DNA of 64,000 nucleotides, taken from positions 4,459 to 68,458 of the forward strand of contig JAKPPS010000042.1 of assembly GCA_029547225.1 (NCBI GenBank), given 5' to 3'. Source of the DNA: a bacterium. GTDB lineage: Bacteria > Patescibacteriota > Dojkabacteria > SC72 > WJKH01. The notes beneath the pieces were generated by a model. It was not told the DNA's origin and made no database searches. It saw nothing but the letters and a program-made list of their open reading frames with translations. This document shows, piece by piece, positions 58,620 to 64,000 of this stretch (its first letter is position 1; each line of letters starts with the position of its first letter). The translations under genes and the position numbers were made by a program.

Positions 58620-59798
58620 ATGAAAGAATCAATATTATATTCAAAAGCTATTAATGGAAATGTAATTTGTAATACATGCTCACATTATTGCAATATTCCT
58701 GAAGGCTCTGTCGGTAAATGCGGTCTCCGAATTAACATAGACGGAAAGTTAAACGTATTAAATAGTGGAAAGATAATACATATAGCTGTAGATCCTATCG
58801 AGAAGAAACCACTATTTCATTTTTTCCCTGGCTCAAAAATATTATCAATTTCCGGATTAGGCTGTAATTTTAGATGTCCCTATTGTATTAACTGGGATAC
58901 TGCACAATTTCCAAGTATTTATGTGAAAGAACATAATCGAGAAGAGACAAATGCTCTTATTGAAGATTCTGGATATGATCTTAAACCTGATGAAGTTATA
59001 GAACAATGTAAATCACTTGGTTTAGAAAGTATTGCTTATACATACAACGAACCGACAATAATGCTTGATACATACTTGCCAATCATGAAACTAGCCAGAA
59101 AGAATAATATAAAAAATGTTTGGGTTTCGAATGGATATTTCTCCTTACAGTCATTTAATATATTTTCTCCTTATCTTGATGCAATAAATATTGATCTAAA
59201 ATCGTACAGTGAGAAATTCTATAAGCGACATTGCGAGGGAAATTTAGAGGTAGTGAAAAATAACATCCGACTTTGCTATGAAAACAATATTTGGGTTGAA
59301 GTAACTACTTTACTAATACCCGGTGAGAACGATACTGAACTTGAAATTAAGAAAATAGCTTCATTTGTTAACAACATTTCTTCAAATATTCCGTTACACT
59401 TTACAGCTTTTACTCCTGAATATCGTATGCTTGATAAGTCTATCACTCCAAGTAAAAAACTTAGGAAAGCTCAAGAGATTGCACAAGAGATAGGTCTTAA
59501 GTTTATTTACACAGGTAATGATAGTGAACCTTCTAATACATATTGTCCTGATTGTCACTTACTGATAATTGAACGAAAATACCTTGTTGGAAAAGTTATC
59601 TATGAAAATACTCTTTTAGATAGCAGAAAAGAGTATTCGTATGAAAAGTCTGGTATTGATAAGAGCGTTATTTTGAGAGGGAAAAAAGCGAAGAATATCG
59701 GCAAGAAAATATTACGCGATTCTCAGAAAGCTACTACTGATACTCAGAATCATTTGTTATGCAAAAAGTGCGGATTTGATATCGCTGGTAGATTTTGA
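58620..59798 (+). CDS. AmmeMemoRadiSam system radical SAM enzyme, with a C-terminal Cys-rich extension
   Basis: N-terminal CNTCSHYC...GKCG cluster, radical SAM motif GCNFRCPYCINW, and C-terminal CPDCH...CKKCG. The start is taken at ATG 58620. Confidence 0.8.
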   Translation: MKESILYSKAINGNVICNTCSHYCNIPEGSVGKCGLRINIDGKLNVLNSGKIIHIAVDPIEKKPLFHFFPGSKILSISGLGCNFRCPYCINWDTAQFPSIYVKEHNREETNALIEDSGYDLKPDEVIEQCKSLGLESIAYTYNEPTIMLDTYLPIMKLARKNNIKNVWVSNGYFSLQSFNIFSPYLDAINIDLKSYSEKFYKRHCEGNLEVVKNNIRLCYENNIWVEVTTLLIPGENDTELEIKKIASFVNNISSNIPLHFTAFTPEYRMLDKSITPSKKLRKAQEIAQEIGLKFIYTGNDSEPSNTYCPDCHLLIIERKYLVGKVIYENTLLDSRKEYSYEKSGIDKSVILRGKKAKNIGKKILRDSQKATTDTQNHLLCKKCGFDIAGRF

Positions 59799-59873
59799 TA
59801 AGATATAAATGAGGTCAGATAAAAACTTTCATACTATCTCGATTTCATTATGTAAATTTTTTTATTATCCTGT

Positions 59874-60467
59874 ATGCAAATTGAAGAAATAAAGTTCACA
59901 TTTAATGGTATGGAACCAAGTGATGCCATCAAAAAATATTTTATAGAAAAAATGACGAAATTTGAAACGTTTTTGAGGAAAGTAAATTCATGTGATGTGA
60001 ATTTTATTGATTACAGTTCCAATCGCGGTACTCAGACAGACTTTAAAATCGATATCAATGTGAAAGTACCAAATAGCTTTGTGCATGTTGATGAAACAGG
60101 TGATAACATGTATGCAATAATCGATACAGCTACAGATATTTTAGGCAGAAGGATTAAAAGATATTTTGACAAATTGAATCAGTGGGAGGGAACAAATCCT
60201 TGGACAGTCAGCGATGATCCGATAACAGCTGAAGAAATTGCAGAAAGCTCAGAAGTAGATAATTATTCAGATTATGTTCCGAAAATTGCAAAGCGCTCAA
60301 AAATGCAAGAAATGCGTCCTCTCGAAGAGGCTGAAGCAATTGAATTAATGGAGTTATCTGGTAAGAATCAATTACTCTTTAAGAGTTCCAAGACTTCGAA
60401 GATATCCATGATTTACAAGATGTCAAATGGTCTTTATGGACTTGTCGAGCCAGATGATGAAATTTAG
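59874..60467 (+). CDS. hpf: Ribosome hibernation promoting factor, long form
   Basis: An N-terminal S30AE/RaiA-like domain and a C-terminal dimerisation-domain pattern (KRSKMQEMRPLEEAEAIELMELSGKNQLLFK...GLVEPD). Confidence 0.8.
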   Translation: MQIEEIKFTFNGMEPSDAIKKYFIEKMTKFETFLRKVNSCDVNFIDYSSNRGTQTDFKIDINVKVPNSFVHVDETGDNMYAIIDTATDILGRRIKRYFDKLNQWEGTNPWTVSDDPITAEEIAESSEVDNYSDYVPKIAKRSKMQEMRPLEEAEAIELMELSGKNQLLFKSSKTSKISMIYKMSNGLYGLVEPDDEI

Positions 60468-60756
60468 CCTTTTCGAAATATAGTCTTATCAGGGAGCGCT
60501 ATTTGATAGATATTGCCATTTGCTATTAGATGTGTGATTTGATGGCGTGTTTTTGGGGCTATACTGATTAAGCAGAGATATTGTTGAAAATCATGATCTG
60601 GACGATCAGAAATAGTTACTAAATACTACTCAAGTATTATTCAATAATAAAGCTAATTAATAATAATACTAGGCTTGTACAAGCTGATATTAAGTAGTTG
60701 ACAGCTCTGACTTAATACAATTTCAACAAAGAGTAATATAATTGGAGTTTATATCT

Positions 60757-61494
60757 CTAAATTGTAGTTTCTTCGACAATATCCTTCTTAAGATTATTAA
60801 TAATATTCTTGATTGATCCAAATAAGCTATATTCGGGCTTAGATGTAAGGTTATTCTGAATACGATATTGATTCTGCATCTCCTGTAACCATTGAGCTTC
60901 ATTTGCGGTATATTCTGTTGCTATATAAGCATCTCTTATTTCTTGTGATTTCTCTTCGTATGTCGCGGTTGTACCTTCACCGTAGAAGGCAACTTTGTTT
61001 TCCTCAAAGAAAGCTTTTAAAACGTCTTCTGTGGGATTAATTGATTGCTCATAAAGTTTCATAGTAATTTTTTGTAACTTTATATCTTCTCGTAATTGAT
61101 CTAAGTTTGTATTGTAAAGTTCAAGACTTGCTTCTAGGTTCTCTTGACCGCCTAATTGTTCAGCATACTGTGTAATGATATCATCGACTTCTTGATCTGA
61201 AATTGTAATATTCTGCTTTGCGGCCTCCTGTTGTACGATTTCCTGAGTAATTAACGAATTGACGATAACTGGTCCGTATGAAAGATCAGTAGCTTTATAA
61301 TACTCTTTGCGGGGAATCATAGTACCATTTACGACAGCTATACTGCGATCATTGTTTAAGTATTGAAAAAATAAATCAACTCCGGCGAATATTCCTGTGA
61401 AAAGAATAAGCCAACCAATAAAAAAAATGATGTTTTTAAATGTTTTTGATTTTGTAACATTTGTAACTTTTGCTAATAAATCTCCGATTTTCAT
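60757..61494 (-). CDS. Membrane-anchored SurA-N/PpiD-like chaperone domain protein (no PPIase domain seen)
   Basis: N-terminal TM segment, then AVVNGTMIPRKEYYK...LITQEIVQQEAAKQNITISDQEVDD, which is typical of SurA_N-type domains. Confidence 0.55.
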   Translation of the reverse strand: MKIGDLLAKVTNVTKSKTFKNIIFFIGWLILFTGIFAGVDLFFQYLNNDRSIAVVNGTMIPRKEYYKATDLSYGPVIVNSLITQEIVQQEAAKQNITISDQEVDDIITQYAEQLGGQENLEASLELYNTNLDQLREDIKLQKITMKLYEQSINPTEDVLKAFFEENKVAFYGEGTTATYEEKSQEIRDAYIATEYTANEAQWLQEMQNQYRIQNNLTSKPEYSLFGSIKNIINNLKKDIVEETTI

Positions 61495-61546
61495 AAATTT
61501 TCCTACTTAAATAAATTGGGCATGTAGCTCTGATAATATCAGAAAA

Positions 61547-63250
61547 TTAGAAATTTTTCCATATGTGTAATAACCATATAATTGAATCTAGCTTACGATG
61601 AATTTGATTGAAGAATTTAGTTAATGGATAATAAGAAAACGACGAATTAGCAAGTACTTTTGGCAATATTACCTGATCCGAGTTGAGTAAAATAAGGTAA
61701 TTTACTTGATTACCAAGACTGTCAATGCTAAATCTTGCTGTAATACCAGTTACATTGTATTGACCTAGCACTAATGTATTACTTGAAGATATTACATATG
61801 ATTGTTTATCTTCGTCTGAAAGTAGTCTATTATTTCCAACATATTGTAACTTTTTGTTAATAATAAAATGATTTCGTACTGACTCCTCTTGGTTATCGTT
61901 TCTTAGTAAATTTCGTAAATTGAAGCTCGGTGTTATTGTTTTTACAATGTTTTCTATAAATAATTGATTATTTATTTTGAATCCTGTAAAGGAATAGCAG
62001 TTGTTATTAATTGAGGATATAATCTGATCGAAAGACAGTCCGTTTAAATGCCCTTTTATCTCATTAATAATATTGCATTCAAATGATGATGAAGTATTGC
62101 ATTTATCGTTGAAACTTTCTTTTGAAAATAAGAAAGAATTTTGATCGTCAAATAGTATTATCTCATCGCCATCCGCAATAAAGCATGATTGCACAAATTT
62201 TAATGTGTTCTCAGGACTTTGCATAAAAATATTCAATTTTTCTGGTGTACCAATGTATGGACTATTGCTTGAGTTGTTTGTGGGTTTGCACAATATAAAA
62301 TGTGAATAAATTGTGTTTTCAAGGCGACATAATGAGGATTCTTCGAGCATTTTACCAATGTGTGCAATATCGTAAATTTTGTTGTCAGGTGAGTGAAGTT
62401 CATAAGTATTGTTCTCGATGTATTCATCTATGGCTATCGTAAACAGTGGATAACCGAGATTGTCATCAAAATAATATTTTTTATTATTTTGTAAATCATA
62501 AATATACCAGTTGGAATAATTAGAGTTCTTTAGTGCAATCATCTCGATTAAGTTTTCATGCTGTAAAATTTCAGAAAACATCAAATAGCCTGAGTAATCA
62601 ATAGTATTCTCTTTACCTGGTGTTATTTCATTACAAATGCTGAAATCATTCTGACTATTATTAGTGTCAATAAGATTATTTCTGCAGATAGAAATATTCT
62701 CTGGAGTATCAGAAAACAATTCATTCTCTGACGCAACAAGACCTAAATCGTTAGTAAGATTATTAGTATTAGGTGAGTCATAGAGAAAAGTGTCAAATAT
62801 GCAGGAGTCTATTTTGTTAATTCTTATCGCATCTGTAGCATTTCCACCGTTTTGCATCCCAATTTTAGCAGTATAAATATCACAGTTCTCTACTTCACTC
62901 TCACAGATAAGAGCATATTGACCCTTATCCAGAATGAAATCATCATCGACTTCCTTAACCATTTTATACTGTGTCCCAGCAACGAATACCTTCATACCTT
63001 TAAGATTAATTTCCTTTTCACTATTATTGTATATTTCAATCCACTCTTTACCTAAATCTTCGCCCTCAGGATTAATAAGTACCTCTGTGATAATCACATT
63101 GGTTTGCTCACACTCATCCACATTTGATTGAGCATTAATCCTGAACGATAGTAAAGAGAAGAAGAATATAGTAGAAGTTACAAGAAACATTAGCTTAATA
63201 GTGTATTTAAAAGTATTCTTTGACTCCTGCATAAATAAAGTATATCTCAC
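61547..63250 (-). CDS. Secreted lamin-tail-domain (LTD) containing protein
   Basis: A signal peptide, then VIITEVLINPEGEDLGKEWIEIYNNSEKEINLKGMKV, which matches the LTD signature. Confidence 0.65.
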   Translation of the reverse strand: MRYTLFMQESKNTFKYTIKLMFLVTSTIFFFSLLSFRINAQSNVDECEQTNVIITEVLINPEGEDLGKEWIEIYNNSEKEINLKGMKVFVAGTQYKMVKEVDDDFILDKGQYALICESEVENCDIYTAKIGMQNGGNATDAIRINKIDSCIFDTFLYDSPNTNNLTNDLGLVASENELFSDTPENISICRNNLIDTNNSQNDFSICNEITPGKENTIDYSGYLMFSEILQHENLIEMIALKNSNYSNWYIYDLQNNKKYYFDDNLGYPLFTIAIDEYIENNTYELHSPDNKIYDIAHIGKMLEESSLCRLENTIYSHFILCKPTNNSSNSPYIGTPEKLNIFMQSPENTLKFVQSCFIADGDEIILFDDQNSFLFSKESFNDKCNTSSSFECNIINEIKGHLNGLSFDQIISSINNNCYSFTGFKINNQLFIENIVKTITPSFNLRNLLRNDNQEESVRNHFIINKKLQYVGNNRLLSDEDKQSYVISSSNTLVLGQYNVTGITARFSIDSLGNQVNYLILLNSDQVILPKVLANSSFSYYPLTKFFNQIHRKLDSIIWLLHIWKNF

Positions 63251-63379
63251 AATAATTAAATCAATATGAATTATTTATGAAACATACTTGACATTTGAAT
63301 TAATAAAAATATCGACTTGAAGCCAAGATTTGAAAATGCAATAAATATCGACCAAAAGCTAAAAGCGATGTGAATATTA

Positions 63380-64000
63380 TTACCTCAGATGAACATAAAT
63401 ACTTTTATATCCATTGTCATGAACAATAAGGGCAAATTTTGCACCTCCCCAACTTTCTACGCCGTAGCTTACTACACCAGAGTAGAGAGCATAAACTGGA
63501 GCACCCTCACCTTGTAATGGAAACCATCCTTGCGTGTAAGGATCACATTGTAAATCTCCATAATTTAACCAATAACACTGATTCTCAGTGGGACTATTCC
63601 AACAGTAACCGTAAGTCTGGTAAGATTGATTCCCAGCAGAAAGACTGACAATATCAAGAAATTGACCTGAATGAGGTCCTTGAGTAAGGTAACCGCTATC
63701 CAAAGGTGCAGAACCAGCATTAGAAACGACGAAATTACCACTTAATGAAACATGTCCATTAAATGGACTCTCGGTTGTGTACCAATTATAATCGCTACCG
63801 GGAGAAATTATGCCATAATGTAGGTGAGAACCATATGAACAACCAGTATGACCTTGAAAACCAATTATTTGGCCTTGTTCTACACGAGTTCCGTTTGCAA
63901 GTTGACCTTCATGAAACATACGCATAATCATTTCTGTTGTTTGACGATCAATTTCATTTTGTTGCGCATATAAAGCATTCAGTTGATCCTGATAAGCTGA
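63380..64000 (-). CDS. M23-family metallopeptidase; the N-terminus lies outside the window
   Basis: GFQGHTGCSYGSHLHYGI (the HxH block of M23). The frame stays open upstream of Met 63931 to the window edge (SAYQDQLNALYAQQNEIDRQTTE...). Confidence 0.75.
   Translation of the reverse strand, partial: SAYQDQLNALYAQQNEIDRQTTEMIMRMFHEGQLANGTRVEQGQIIGFQGHTGCSYGSHLHYGIISPGSDYNWYTTESPFNGHVSLSGNFVVSNAGSAPLDSGYLTQGPHSGQFLDIVSLSAGNQSYQTYGYCWNSPTENQCYWLNYGDLQCDPYTQGWFPLQGEGAPVYALYSGVVSYGVESWGGAKFALIVHDNGYKSIYVHLR

Noticed and set aside
60673-60684. A 12-nt perfect palindrome, GCTTGTACAAGC, in the hpf/SurA-like intergenic region.
   Set aside because: It is a single occurrence with no associated regulator or partner site in the window. 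That is too little evidence to call it an operator.
3477-63648. Many 60-145-aa ORFs lie antisense to, or out of frame within, large genes. Examples are 3477..3707, 4472..4702, 5583..5819, 7782..7979, 13307..13600, 17036..17293, 36283..36543, 42001..42435, 44724..45418, 52119..52733 and 62852..63131.
   Set aside because: They are fully contained in well-supported longer CDSs, have biased or low-complexity translations and carry no motifs. I treated them as ORF-track noise.
1-64000. CRISPR arrays, rRNA genes, prophage, integrase or transposase genes, and an alternative genetic code (UGA reassignment).
   Set aside because: I found no regularly spaced direct repeats, no rRNA-like conserved blocks and no recombinase motifs. 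Long ORFs with recognisable domains close on standard stops, including TGA, so the standard bacterial code fits.

Overview
The window is AT-rich and gene-dense, and reads cleanly under the standard genetic code. The gene content suggests a small-genome, CPR/Patescibacteria-like bacterium: a CxxC zinc-ribbon protein, a lamin-tail-domain protein, DUF1015, a giant surface protein and a truncated AlaRS. That lineage call is inference only. I can support about 55 protein-coding genes: alaS, glmS, fmt, queA, tgt, a umuDC-like pair, hpf, a DEAD-box helicase, three ABC exporters, the three-gene AmmeMemoRadiSam cluster and a 1738-aa surface protein. I can also support a type-A RNase P RNA, a tRNA-Asn(GTT), a T-box leader in front of alaS and several sigma70/extended -10 promoters. 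The most unusual content lies at 2-12.5 kb. Five same-strand copies of a modular, hairpin-rich intergenic element sit at nearly every operon boundary. Two copies carry a GIY-YIG nuclease ORF at one fixed internal site. That same site is empty in one copy and holds three perfect hairpins in another. Two long-form copies end in a conserved small basic ORF on the opposite strand, placed directly behind the stop codon of unrelated host genes. A 9-mer, GGTTCGAGC, recurs throughout this region. I could not match the element to any RNA or mobile-element class I know. Two further short conserved box families are scattered through intergenic regions elsewhere in the window. Other points worth a second look are a MetK-like protein with several catalytic positions replaced, an extra unknown gene coupled to umuD and a nucleoside-deoxyribosyltransferase-like/RHH fusion. 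All coordinates of non-coding features were read by eye and may be off by 5-10 nt. No database search, fold calculation or statistics were run.
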